Origin: Gammaproteobacteria bacterium
GTDB lineage: Bacteria > Pseudomonadota > Gammaproteobacteria > UBA4575
DNA: 64,000 nucleotides
NCBI GenBank assembly: GCA_965203725.1
Contig: CBDBDH010000003.1
Span: forward strand, 259,973-323,972
Direction: 5' to 3'
In this document: positions 37,770 to 48,086 of the stretch, piece by piece
Layout of the letters: each line of letters opens with the position of its first letter
Position numbering within the stretch: the first letter of the stretch is position 1
Position numbers and translations under genes: made by a program
Notes under the pieces: generated by a model
The model's input: the letters and a program-made list of their open reading frames with translations, nothing else
What the model was told of the DNA's origin: nothing
Database searches by the model: none

Positions 37770-40052
37770 TCATACCGGTGGCGGCGCGATGACTTCCCGG
37801 CTGCCGTTGGCGAGGACAGCGCTGACAACCCCGCTGTTCTCCATCTCTTCGATGATCCTTGCCGCACGGTTGTAACCGATTTTCAATCTTCGCTGCAGGT
37901 AGGAAATCGAGGCTTTGCGCGTTTCCGTGACGATGGCAATCGCTTCATCGTAAAGCGGGTCCAGTTCGCCGTCCTGGCTGCCTATGGGCTCCAGTCCGGG
38001 GATGGCATCCTTACCGTCCTCGGGATCCTGGGTAACTTCATTCAGATAGGTCGGAGCCCCTTTCCGCTTCAGGAAGGCGACGACCTTGTGGACCTCCTCG
38101 TCGGAAACGAATGCGCCGTGGATGCGGTCCGGCAAGGAGGTTCCCGGGGGCAGGTACAGCATGTCGCCGTGACCGAGCAGCTGTTCGGCGCCCATCTGGT
38201 CCAGGATGGTTCGCGAATCGACTTTCGAGGATACCTGGAAGGCGACCCTGGAAGGAATGTTCGCCTTGATCAGGCCGGTGATGACATCCACCGAAGGGCG
38301 TTGTGTAGCCAGAATGAGATGAATGCCGGCAGCCCTGGCCTTTTGTGCGATTCGTGCAATCAGTTCTTCGACTTTCTTGCCGACCACCATCATCATGTCC
38401 GCCAGCTCGTCCACGATGATCACGATGTTCGGCAATGGATTCAGTGTTTCGACAGGACTGCTCTCCAGCTCGCCGCTCTCTTGCAGGCTGACAAAAGGAT
38501 CGGGGACCGGCTCGCCCTTGTCGATGGCCTGCTTCACTTTCGTGTTGTAGCCCTGGATGCTGCGTACCCCGAGTGCCGACATCAACTGGTAACGTCTTTC
38601 CATCTCGGCCACGCACCAGCGCAATGCATTGGCGGCCTCCCTCAAATCGGTCACCACCGGCGAGAGCAGGTGCGGAATACCCTCGTATACGGCAAATTCC
38701 AGAATCTTGGGATCGATCAGGATGATGCGCACCTGCTGCGGCGTGGCCTTGTACAGTATGCTCAGCAGCATGGCGTTCAAGGCCACCGACTTGCCCGACC
38801 CGGTCGTGCCTGCCACCAGCAGGTGGGGCATTTTCGCAAGGTCCACGACGACCGGGCGGCCGCTGATATCCTTGCCCAGGGCCAGGGTCAGGATGGATGA
38901 CGATTCGTCATAGGTCTCGGAGCGCAGGATATCGCTGAGCACGACCAGTTCCCGGTATTCATTGGGGATTTCAAGACCAACGTGGGATTTCCCCGGAATG
39001 ACCTCGACAATCCGCACGCTCACCACCGACAGTGCGCGAGCCAGATCCTTGGCGAGGTTCGAGACTTTGCTCACCTTGATGCCCGCGGCAAGCTGCAGTT
39101 CAAATCGGGTGATCACAGGCCCCGGGTGGACCTCGACCACGGCCGCATCGATACCGAAGTCGAGCAGTTTCAACTCGACCTGACGAGACATGGCTTCCAG
39201 CGCATCGTCTGAATACCCTTTCGCATCATCGGCAACGCTGTCCAGCATGGAGGTCGGCGGCAAAGCCGTCTCCACCGAATCGAACAACGGGATCTGGCGC
39301 TCCCGTTCGGCCCGCGCGCTGGGTGTGATTTCTTCCACGGTAGGCTCGATTCTGGGCGGGGATTTCTGGATCTTCACCTTCTTGGCCTTGACGACCTTTT
39401 CGCGGGCCGTTCTCGCCTGCTTGCCCAGGTGCTTCTCTTTCAGCAGGCTGATCAGCCTCCAGAGCCCTGCACTGATCTTCAGGATGCACTTGCCGGTCGT
39501 GTCCAGCAGCCATAGCAGGGAGAAATGCGAGAACACCGTGATGCCGGCAAGAAACAGGGCCAGCAGCAGCAAGGTGGCACCGACGTAATTGAAGACTGCC
39601 AGGAATCCGCTGCCGACGATATCACCCAGCACACCCCCTGCGGTATCCGGAAGGAAGGCTGGCTGAAAATGGAGCGCCGCCAGCCCGCACCCTGCAGCCA
39701 GCGTCAGCAAGAAACCGGCCCAGCGCAAGCCCAGTGTGCGGTAATCGATCGCCTGCGTATCGGTTCCCCCCCGGTACAGGAGCCACCCGCTGTAGGCCAC
39801 CATGACGGGCGCCAGGTAGGCGAGATATCCGAACAGGAAGAAGAACAGGTCCGCGAACCAGGCGCCGGCCTTGCCGCCAAGGTTGCTTACAGCCTGATCG
39901 AAATTGGCCTGGGTCCAGCCGGGATCGGACGGCTGATAGGTGAGCAACGCCAGCATCAGGTAGGCACCGAGCGCAACCAGTATCAGCAAAACACTTTCGC
40001 GCAGCCCCCTCGGCAAGGAAGCCCGATCAGCGGATTTCGATGGCTTTTTCAA
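37770..40052 (-). CDS. ftsK: DNA translocase FtsK
   Basis: 760 aa. N-terminal 4-5 TM, linker, and C-terminal motor with Walker A (GTTGSGKSV) and a gamma domain. Confidence 0.9.
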   Translation of the reverse strand: MKKPSKSADRASLPRGLRESVLLILVALGAYLMLALLTYQPSDPGWTQANFDQAVSNLGGKAGAWFADLFFFLFGYLAYLAPVMVAYSGWLLYRGGTDTQAIDYRTLGLRWAGFLLTLAAGCGLAALHFQPAFLPDTAGGVLGDIVGSGFLAVFNYVGATLLLLALFLAGITVFSHFSLLWLLDTTGKCILKISAGLWRLISLLKEKHLGKQARTAREKVVKAKKVKIQKSPPRIEPTVEEITPSARAERERQIPLFDSVETALPPTSMLDSVADDAKGYSDDALEAMSRQVELKLLDFGIDAAVVEVHPGPVITRFELQLAAGIKVSKVSNLAKDLARALSVVSVRIVEVIPGKSHVGLEIPNEYRELVVLSDILRSETYDESSSILTLALGKDISGRPVVVDLAKMPHLLVAGTTGSGKSVALNAMLLSILYKATPQQVRIILIDPKILEFAVYEGIPHLLSPVVTDLREAANALRWCVAEMERRYQLMSALGVRSIQGYNTKVKQAIDKGEPVPDPFVSLQESGELESSPVETLNPLPNIVIIVDELADMMMVVGKKVEELIARIAQKARAAGIHLILATQRPSVDVITGLIKANIPSRVAFQVSSKVDSRTILDQMGAEQLLGHGDMLYLPPGTSLPDRIHGAFVSDEEVHKVVAFLKRKGAPTYLNEVTQDPEDGKDAIPGLEPIGSQDGELDPLYDEAIAIVTETRKASISYLQRRLKIGYNRAARIIEEMENSGVVSAVLANGSREVIAPPPV

Positions 40053-40100
40053 AGCAGCTCACACCGAGTTGATCATCTGTCCTTAAATCATCCGTTTAAG

Positions 40101-40132
40101 ATATTGAATTAACTAAAACTATAATTCAATAT
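40101..40132. promoter_or_regulatory. perfect 11-bp inverted repeat with 10-bp spacer directly upstream of ftsK
   Basis: atattgaatta-actaaaacta-taattcaatat, within an AT-rich island in otherwise GC-rich DNA. Confidence 0.3.
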
Positions 40133-40266
40133 TTTTGTATCACGGGATTTGCCCAAACCCCGCCATGGGCCTTTTATTGTACAGCAATACCGCTGCAACT
40201 CATGTAAAATTCGCCCCCATGAGCACAGGGGCGATGCCGCCAAGTTCGACGTCCAGAGTGTGGTAA

Positions 40267-41286
<1,020 letters not shown>

Positions 41287-41307
41287 AGCTGCTTTTTTTA
41301 CCGCCCC

Positions 41308-42495
41308 TTGACTGCCCAGCGTTCGATTCCCGAAAAAACCGGCCCGGCGCACACCTGCAGTTTCCTGAGTTCACTCGGGGCCGTCCAGGGTGCGGACTGG
41401 AACCGCTTGCTGGCCGATAACAGCCCCTTTTTGAAACACGAGTTTCTGCATGCCCTGGAGCGTAACGGCTGCCTGGGGGAAAGCTATGGCTGGTATCCAC
41501 ATCATCTGGTCGTGCGCGATGAGAACCGGCGGATCATTGCGGCTAGCCCGCTGTACGTCAAAACGAACTCCTATGGAGAGTTCGTGTTCGACTGGTCATG
41601 GGCATCCGCCTACGAGCAGGTCGGACTGTCCTACTATCCCAAATTCGTGGCTTCGGTCCCCTACACGCCCGTGACCGGCCCTCGCCTGCTGATCCTGCCG
41701 GAAATACCCGCGCAGCAAAAAAACAAGATTGCAGCGGCCATGATCGATGCCACAATCCGGGAAGCGCAGCGGCTCGACATGTCGAGCATGCACTGGCTGT
41801 TCAACCTCGACGAGGAATGCAAATTCTACAAGCAGAGCAATCTGGTGTTGCGCCTCGGGTGCCAGTACCACTGGCACAACCGGAATTACGGGTGCTTTGA
41901 TGATTTCCTGCAAGACCTGGTGTCCCGGAAAAGAAAAAAGATCCGGCGTGAAAGGCGTTTCGTACAGGACCAGCAAATCCGCATTCAGCGCCTTCACGGC
42001 TCGGAGCTCGACGATACGCTATGGCAGCAGGTACACGGCTTTTACGTGAATACCTTTCACCGCAAACACAGCCTGCCCACGCTCAGCCTCGGATTTTTCA
42101 GGGAGCTCGGAACCAAGATGGGCTCGCAGGTCTTGCTGGTGCTGGCTTTCCACGACGAAAAGCTGATTGCATGTGCGATCAATTTTCTCGATGATGACAC
42201 GCTGTACGGGAGATTCTGGGGATGCCTGAAACCATTTCACGGGCTGCACTTTGAGGCCTGCTATTACCAGGGCATCGAATACGCCATCGAACACCGGCTT
42301 TCCTCTTTTGAACCCGGCGCCCAGGGCGAGTACAAAATCAGCCGAGGCTTCCTGCCGACCCGGACCTGGTCCGCTCACTGGATCGCAGATGCACGTCTGA
42401 GGGCCGCTATCGGGGACTTTTGCCGGCGCGAAGAACGCCTCATGCAGCATGAATGCAAGGAACTGATGGCATCATCCCCCTACAGGATTAACTAA
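41308..42495 (+). CDS. FemAB-like (PF04339/DUF482) GNAT-fold acyltransferase
   Basis: 395 aa with a family-typical N-terminus (...DWNRLLADNSPFLKHEFLHALE...). Adjacent to aat. Confidence 0.55.
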   Translation: MTAQRSIPEKTGPAHTCSFLSSLGAVQGADWNRLLADNSPFLKHEFLHALERNGCLGESYGWYPHHLVVRDENRRIIAASPLYVKTNSYGEFVFDWSWASAYEQVGLSYYPKFVASVPYTPVTGPRLLILPEIPAQQKNKIAAAMIDATIREAQRLDMSSMHWLFNLDEECKFYKQSNLVLRLGCQYHWHNRNYGCFDDFLQDLVSRKRKKIRRERRFVQDQQIRIQRLHGSELDDTLWQQVHGFYVNTFHRKHSLPTLSLGFFRELGTKMGSQVLLVLAFHDEKLIACAINFLDDDTLYGRFWGCLKPFHGLHFEACYYQGIEYAIEHRLSSFEPGAQGEYKISRGFLPTRTWSAHWIADARLRAAIGDFCRREERLMQHECKELMASSPYRIN

Positions 42496-42516
42496 AACGA
42501 TTTTCATTGTGCTGAA

Positions 42517-43245
42517 GTGGACATTCACTGGCTAGACCCCTCGAACAGGCTCGCTCCATTTCCTGACGTAGAAAAAGCCCTGCAAAACCCCGACGGACTG
42601 CTTGCAGCAGGAGGAGACCTGAGCGCCACGCGACTGCTGAACGCATATCGCAGGGGCATTTTCCCCTGGTACGAAGACGGCCAGCCAATCTTGTGGTGGT
42701 CTCCAGACCCCAGAGGCGTCCTCTATACGCAGCAATTCCGGGTTTCTTCCAGCTTGAGAAAAACCTTGCGCAAGCAGGAGTGGACCGTAACCTTCGACGG
42801 TGATTTCAGAAAGACGGTAGCCGCTTGCGCTGCACCCCGAAGCTATGCAAGGGGCACGTGGATTACCGATGACATGACGGAAGCCTATACCGCCTTGCAC
42901 CGTCTTGGCTATGCGCATTCCGTTGAACTGTGGGATGACCAGGAGCGGTTAATCGGCGGCGTGTACGGGGTCATGATCGGGAAAATGTTTTTTGGCGAGT
43001 CCATGTTCAGCTTTCAAACCAACGCCTCCAAGGTTGCCCTTGCGTACATGGTCAGCCACTTACACCGCTGGGGCTGCCCGTTACTGGATTGCCAGTTGCC
43101 CTCGACCCATCTGCTGAGCCTTGGAGCAAAAGCCATACCAAGAAGGGATTACATTCGTATCATGACGCCCTTGTGTGATGAGGAGCAGGCCGGTTTCACA
43201 TGGGCACTGGACAAGAGCATCGATGTCGCAAACTGGAAGACTTAG
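42517..43245 (+). CDS. aat: leucyl/phenylalanyl-tRNA--protein transferase
   Basis: 242 aa. GIFPWYEDGQPILWWSPDPRGVL and CPLLDCQ motifs. Confidence 0.9.
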   Translation: MDIHWLDPSNRLAPFPDVEKALQNPDGLLAAGGDLSATRLLNAYRRGIFPWYEDGQPILWWSPDPRGVLYTQQFRVSSSLRKTLRKQEWTVTFDGDFRKTVAACAAPRSYARGTWITDDMTEAYTALHRLGYAHSVELWDDQERLIGGVYGVMIGKMFFGESMFSFQTNASKVALAYMVSHLHRWGCPLLDCQLPSTHLLSLGAKAIPRRDYIRIMTPLCDEEQAGFTWALDKSIDVANWKT

Positions 43246-43402
43246 CAGGCAAACGATTTCAGCAGACGCAGTCCTGCGCCTGGAAAACCCTGTGGATTCC
43301 AGGCACTCTCGGATTTGCGTCCGGGCAGGTATCTGACAACAAAAATGTGCTCTGCTAGAATCCGCCCAGATATAGTATGGTATTCTAGGAGCGCAGGCGA
43401 TG

Positions 43403-43539
43403 GGGTACAGGGTACAGGGTACAGGGTACAGGGTACAGGGTACAGGAGTGCAGGGTACAGGGTACAGGGTACAGGGTACAGGAGTGCAGGGTACAGGGTA
43501 CAGGGTACAGGGTACAGGGTACAGGAGTGCAGGGTGCAG
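43403..43539. repeat. heptanucleotide tandem repeat array (GGGTACA)6-GGAGTGCA-(GGGTACA)4-GGAGTGCA-(GGGTACA)5-GGAGTGCA-GGGTGCAG
   Basis: Counted directly in the sequence. Ends 34 nt upstream of the ATG at 43573. Confidence 0.9.
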
Positions 43540-43572
43540 TCTTGGGCGAATTGATCAAAGGAAAGCCTTGCA

Positions 43573-44748
43573 ATGAAGATGAAAGTCTCACCCAGCACCT
43601 ATACCGAACATTACATCTCAGCGCGCCTGCATGACCTTGTCACCGCGGACAACTACATTGAGCATACCTACGTAGGCGACCCCGCACTGGACCCGGTGAT
43701 GGAGGAAATCTCCACCCTTCCCGATGAAGACCTGCACAGGTTCATCGGCGCCGGGATAGAACGACAAACCGAGGTTTTACGCACCGCTCCCCAGGCACTA
43801 CGCGACGTTTTCGAGCAGATCAACGAGCCTCCTTCCTGGCTCGACTACGAAGCCTTCAACCCGGCCATCCAGGCATTCTATACCAAGGCCACCGACATAC
43901 TGCTCGCAATGGTCACCGGCGTGCTGGTCGAAGGCTTTTCGACGCTGATGAGCAAGTCATTCAGTATTACCGGCCGCATGATGCAGGAAAACGATATGAG
44001 CATACGGCAACTGAAGCAGGTCAACCGCCATTTGCTGGAAATATTTTTTCCGGGCGGCCTGCTCAGAAAAGGGGATGGCTGGAAGCTGTCCGTGCGCATC
44101 CGGTTCATCCATGCCCGGGTGAGACAGTTGATGGAGTCTGCCGAAGAGTGGAATACGAAGGCCTGGGGCGTACCCATCAGTGCGGCACACATGGGTTTTT
44201 CAACCGCCCTGTTTTCATACCGGCTGCTGGAGCACTCAAGCGCAGTAGGTGCAAACTATAGCCAGGATGAGAAGGACAGCATCTTCGAGTTATGGCGCTA
44301 TGTGGGCTACCTCATGGGTGTGCCTGAAACGATCCTGCACACCACCCCGCAAGAAGCACGCAAGCTGTTCAAGATCGGCTTCAAGTGCGAGCCGCCCCCG
44401 GACGCCGATGCAGCAACCGTAGCCAACACCCTGATACATCACATCCCCCTGGTCGCCGGGCTGACCGACCCCGGGGAACAGGATTCCATGAGAGAACTGG
44501 CCTACCGCATTTCAAGGGCATTGATCGGCAACCATCTTGCCGATCAACTGCATTTCCCGAAAAGCGGCAGTATGGGAGTGCTGCACATGTACCGGGCCAA
44601 GCAACTCAGCCTGCGACTGACAAAGGATGTGCAATTGATCAAGTCAGAGAATTTTCTTCAGTTGCTGAACGCTTCCCAGTACGATGAGGGCGGTATGAGC
44701 TACAAGATGCCCGACCATGTACTCGCATCAAAATCAAGCGAATGGTAA
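43573..44748 (+). CDS. MpaB/DUF2236-family putative oxygenase (Lcp/rubber-oxygenase superfamily)
   Basis: 391 aa. Block KLSVRIRFIHARVRQLM...AAHMGFSTALFSYRLLEH parallels the family block VRxIHxRVR...WVHATLVESAVLAYRLF. Confidence 0.5.
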   Translation: MKMKVSPSTYTEHYISARLHDLVTADNYIEHTYVGDPALDPVMEEISTLPDEDLHRFIGAGIERQTEVLRTAPQALRDVFEQINEPPSWLDYEAFNPAIQAFYTKATDILLAMVTGVLVEGFSTLMSKSFSITGRMMQENDMSIRQLKQVNRHLLEIFFPGGLLRKGDGWKLSVRIRFIHARVRQLMESAEEWNTKAWGVPISAAHMGFSTALFSYRLLEHSSAVGANYSQDEKDSIFELWRYVGYLMGVPETILHTTPQEARKLFKIGFKCEPPPDADAATVANTLIHHIPLVAGLTDPGEQDSMRELAYRISRALIGNHLADQLHFPKSGSMGVLHMYRAKQLSLRLTKDVQLIKSENFLQLLNASQYDEGGMSYKMPDHVLASKSSEW

Positions 44749-44903
44749 AACGCATACGACTGCAAAAAGCCGGGTCCTGATTGCGATGCTTTACACCGTT
44801 ATGCTACGTTTGGCGTACTGTTCATGCCTCCCTGCACCCGGCAGGGATAAAATGACTGCCTTGTACACAATGCAGCGCTGACCGTATCCCACTGGAGAAA
44901 CCC

Positions 44904-45719
44904 ATGACTGGCGCCTACCCTTCCCTGCAATCGGTTTTGTGGCTGGTCGTTCTGGCCTTGCTGGCCTTGCACGGAGTCCCCGTGCATCCGCAGCCCCTGA
45001 CACCCGAGGAAATGGGCCTGAAGATCGCGCGTGATACCGAGGTACGTGACCAGGGCTTTGGCAACCTCACGGCGCAACAAACCATGATTCTGCGCAACAA
45101 GAAGGGGCAAGAGAGCCTGCGCCAGCTTCGAGTGAAAGTCCTGGAAGTACCCGAGGATGGCGACAAGAGCCTGTTTGTTTTTGACAATCCCCGCGACGTG
45201 CAGGGAACTGCGCTGCTGATCCACGGCCACAAGGTTGCCCCGGACGACCAGTGGCTCTATCTGCCTGCCCTGAAGCGTGTGAAACGCATCAGTTCTTCCA
45301 ATCAATCGGGCTCTTTCATGGGCAGCGAGTTTGCCTACGAAGACATGAGCAGTCCGGAGGTGGAAAAATTCACTTACCGCTACCTGCACGATGAACCATG
45401 CGGAGACCTGACTTGCACGGTCATGGAACGCTTTCCGGTCAATAAGAAATCGAGCTACAGCCGCCAGGTGATCTGGCAAGACAGGGAGGCTCTGCGCGCA
45501 TGGAAAATCGAGTACTACGACCGCAAGAACGCGCACCTGAAAACGCTTACCCTGAGCGATTACAAGCTGTACCTGGAACGGTACTGGCGTGCCAGCCAGA
45601 TGACGATGGTCAATCACCTGACCGGAAAAAGCACCGTCATGACCTGGACGGATTACCAGTTCCAAGCCGACTTGGATGATCGTGACTTCACGAAGACCGG
45701 ACTGAGACGAGCACGTTAA
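44904..45719 (+). CDS. LolA-like outer-membrane lipoprotein-sorting protein (PF17131 family)
   Basis: Signal peptide. Pattern ...DQWLYLPALKRVKRISSSNQSGSFMGSEFAYEDMSSPEV... is typical of the family. Confidence 0.6.
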   Translation: MTGAYPSLQSVLWLVVLALLALHGVPVHPQPLTPEEMGLKIARDTEVRDQGFGNLTAQQTMILRNKKGQESLRQLRVKVLEVPEDGDKSLFVFDNPRDVQGTALLIHGHKVAPDDQWLYLPALKRVKRISSSNQSGSFMGSEFAYEDMSSPEVEKFTYRYLHDEPCGDLTCTVMERFPVNKKSSYSRQVIWQDREALRAWKIEYYDRKNAHLKTLTLSDYKLYLERYWRASQMTMVNHLTGKSTVMTWTDYQFQADLDDRDFTKTGLRRAR

Positions 45720-45723
45720 AGTC

Positions 45724-46980
45724 GTGCTGTGCAGATCCCTGCAAACCCTGATCCGCGCAGCCTGCCTCTTGACCATGGCCTGGAGCACGCAGGCAGGTGC
45801 AGGCGGCGAGATGGATCGGGAGCTCTTCGGGCAGATCAGGATCGAAAACCGCTGGTACCCCGAAAACCCTGCCTACCCCGGCCAGTCGGAGCTTGCCAGC
45901 GGGATCGTTTTTGAACCGGAACTGTACCTTGAAAGCGTCCATGGCTGGAGCTTCACCCTGGTGCCGTTTTTGCGCTACGACAGTGCTGATCCCCACCGCA
46001 GCCATGCAGACTTGCGTGAAGCATATTTCCTGCTGCTCGGCGAAATTGGAGATGGCGAGTGGGAACTGCGCCTTGGCGTGGACCGGGTATTCTGGGGGGT
46101 AGTCGAGTCCAATCACCTGGTGGATATCATCAACCAGACGGACCTGATCGAGCACCCGGACGAAGAAGTCGAACTGGGCCAGCTCATGGCGCACGCCACC
46201 TGGTCCGGCAACCTGGGTGTCGCCGAGTTGTTCATCCTCCCACACCACCGGGAACGTACCTTTCCAGGCCGCGAAGGCCGCCTGCGCTCATCACTCGTCG
46301 TGGATGACGACCACCCTTCCTACGAACATGGAGCCGAGGAATGGCATCTGGATTTTGCGGCCCGGTACAGCCAGAACTTTGGACCGTTCGATGTTGGAAT
46401 AAGCTATTTTGACGGCACCAGCCGGGACCCGCTCCTGCGGCCCCAGGCCAGCCGGAAACACGAGGGGGAACTGGTGCTTGTTCCACATTATGAGCAGATA
46501 CGCCAGTTTGGAATCGATGCGCAGCTGACGACCGACGAATGGCTGTTCAAGCTTGAAGCCATCCATCGCTCCGACTCCCAAAATCTGCGTTTTGCAGAAG
46601 AAGATTATGCCGCTTTCGTGATTGGTGCCGAGTACACCTTCTATTCCGTATTCGAGTCCGCCGCTGACTTCGGAGTGCTTGCTGAGTGGTGTTACGACGA
46701 GCGCGGCAAGGATGCAACGAACGTCTTCGACGATGACTTCCTCGTCGGCATACGGGCAGCCTTCAATGATGTCCAGAATACGGAAGTATTCGCCAGCCTC
46801 CTGAAAGACCGGGATTACTCCACCAGCGCCTTCGTGATCGAGTTCCGCCGCCGCATCACCAATCAGTGGTCCGCGGATGTTGAGCTTTTTTCACTGCTCA
46901 ACGTGGAACGGAAGGACGCCCAGCTTGACCCGATCCGCCAGGACAGTTTTCTGGAATTTCGCCTGAACTACAACTTCTAG
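45724..46980 (+). CDS. putative outer-membrane beta-barrel protein
   Basis: 418 aa. Signal peptide, alternating amphipathic strands, C-terminal ...FRLNYNF (terminal Phe). Starts 5 nt after the LolA-like gene. Confidence 0.5.
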   Translation: MLCRSLQTLIRAACLLTMAWSTQAGAGGEMDRELFGQIRIENRWYPENPAYPGQSELASGIVFEPELYLESVHGWSFTLVPFLRYDSADPHRSHADLREAYFLLLGEIGDGEWELRLGVDRVFWGVVESNHLVDIINQTDLIEHPDEEVELGQLMAHATWSGNLGVAELFILPHHRERTFPGREGRLRSSLVVDDDHPSYEHGAEEWHLDFAARYSQNFGPFDVGISYFDGTSRDPLLRPQASRKHEGELVLVPHYEQIRQFGIDAQLTTDEWLFKLEAIHRSDSQNLRFAEEDYAAFVIGAEYTFYSVFESAADFGVLAEWCYDERGKDATNVFDDDFLVGIRAAFNDVQNTEVFASLLKDRDYSTSAFVIEFRRRITNQWSADVELFSLLNVERKDAQLDPIRQDSFLEFRLNYNF

Positions 46981-47075
46981 CCGCATGGCGGGGCGGCCCG
47001 AACGTGCAAAGACCGCAGTGGCGCTACCGCTGCTTGCAGCAACGCAGGAATGCCCGACAGCCCGATTTGCCCGGA

Positions 47076-48062
47076 CTAGACCACTTCGCGCAAGGAGGCA
47101 GGAAGGCCAAAGTGCACATTCTCGACGATGCCGTCCATATTCGAGATTTCCAGGTCGGCAAACTCCTTCAGCTTGGCGATCAGTTCCTGCACCAGTTCCT
47201 CGGGTGTTGATGCTCCCGCCGTAATTCCAATGGCCTCGATCCCTTGCAGTAACTGGGGGTCGATTTTTGCCGGGTCCTCAACCAGACGACTGGGTGTGCC
47301 GCTGTCATTGCTGACTTCGCACAGGCGATTCGAATTGGAGCTGTTGTGAGCCCCCACCACCAGCACCAGATCGACTTGGGCCGCAAGGTCGCGCACGGCG
47401 GCCTGGCGATTCTGGGTTGCATAGCAGATATCTTTGATGTTCGGGCCCGCGATGTTCGGGAACCTCCGCTTCAACGCCCTGATCACGTCCCGTGTGTCAT
47501 CAACCGACAGGGTGGTCTGGGTCACGTAGGCTACCTTGTCCGGGTCGCGCACTTCCAGCGCCTCTACATCCTGCACATCACTGACCAGATAAACCGGCCC
47601 GGGGATCTGGCCCAGGGTGCCTTCAACCTCGGGATGATTCTCATGCCCGATCAAAATCACATCGTAGCCCTTGGCAGCATAACGCTGGCCTTCCTTGTGC
47701 ACCTTGGAAACCAGCGGGCAGGTCGCGTCAAGTGACTCAAGGCCGCGTTCTGCTGCATCTTGCTGGACCTTCTTGGACACGCCATGGGCGCTGAACACGG
47801 CAATCGCATTGTCGGGGATCTGGTGAATTTCCTCCACAAACCGCACGCCCTTCGCTTTCAGGTTTTCAACCACCCTCCTGTTGTGGACGATTTCATGCCG
47901 TACATACACGGGCGGCTCATAAAGCTTCAGTGCCCCTTCCGCAATGGCGATCGCGCGGTCCACACCTGCGCAAAAGCCGCGCGGCTGGGCCAGAATCACG
48001 CGTATTTTCTGTTTTCCCTCATCCGGATTGTCGGGGGGGCTTACTTGGGGTAATCCATCCAT
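47076..48062 (-). CDS. ispH: 4-hydroxy-3-methylbut-2-enyl diphosphate reductase
   Basis: 328 aa. Characteristic N-terminal region (ILAQPRGFCAGVDRAI) and the three conserved Cys of LytB. Confidence 0.9.
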   Translation of the reverse strand: MDGLPQVSPPDNPDEGKQKIRVILAQPRGFCAGVDRAIAIAEGALKLYEPPVYVRHEIVHNRRVVENLKAKGVRFVEEIHQIPDNAIAVFSAHGVSKKVQQDAAERGLESLDATCPLVSKVHKEGQRYAAKGYDVILIGHENHPEVEGTLGQIPGPVYLVSDVQDVEALEVRDPDKVAYVTQTTLSVDDTRDVIRALKRRFPNIAGPNIKDICYATQNRQAAVRDLAAQVDLVLVVGAHNSSNSNRLCEVSNDSGTPSRLVEDPAKIDPQLLQGIEAIGITAGASTPEELVQELIAKLKEFADLEISNMDGIVENVHFGLPASLREVV

Positions 48063-48086
48063 CGGTGTACTCTCAATGGGTCCTGC

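Noticed and set aside
43385-43598. ORFs 43242-43598 (-), 43315-43554 (+) and 43385-43591 (-) with CTLYPVP / GTGYRVQ repeat peptides. Also considered whether the array could be a CRISPR.
   Set aside because: These ORFs are translations of the heptamer array in different frames. It is not a CRISPR: the units are 7-8 nt with no unique spacers and no cas genes.
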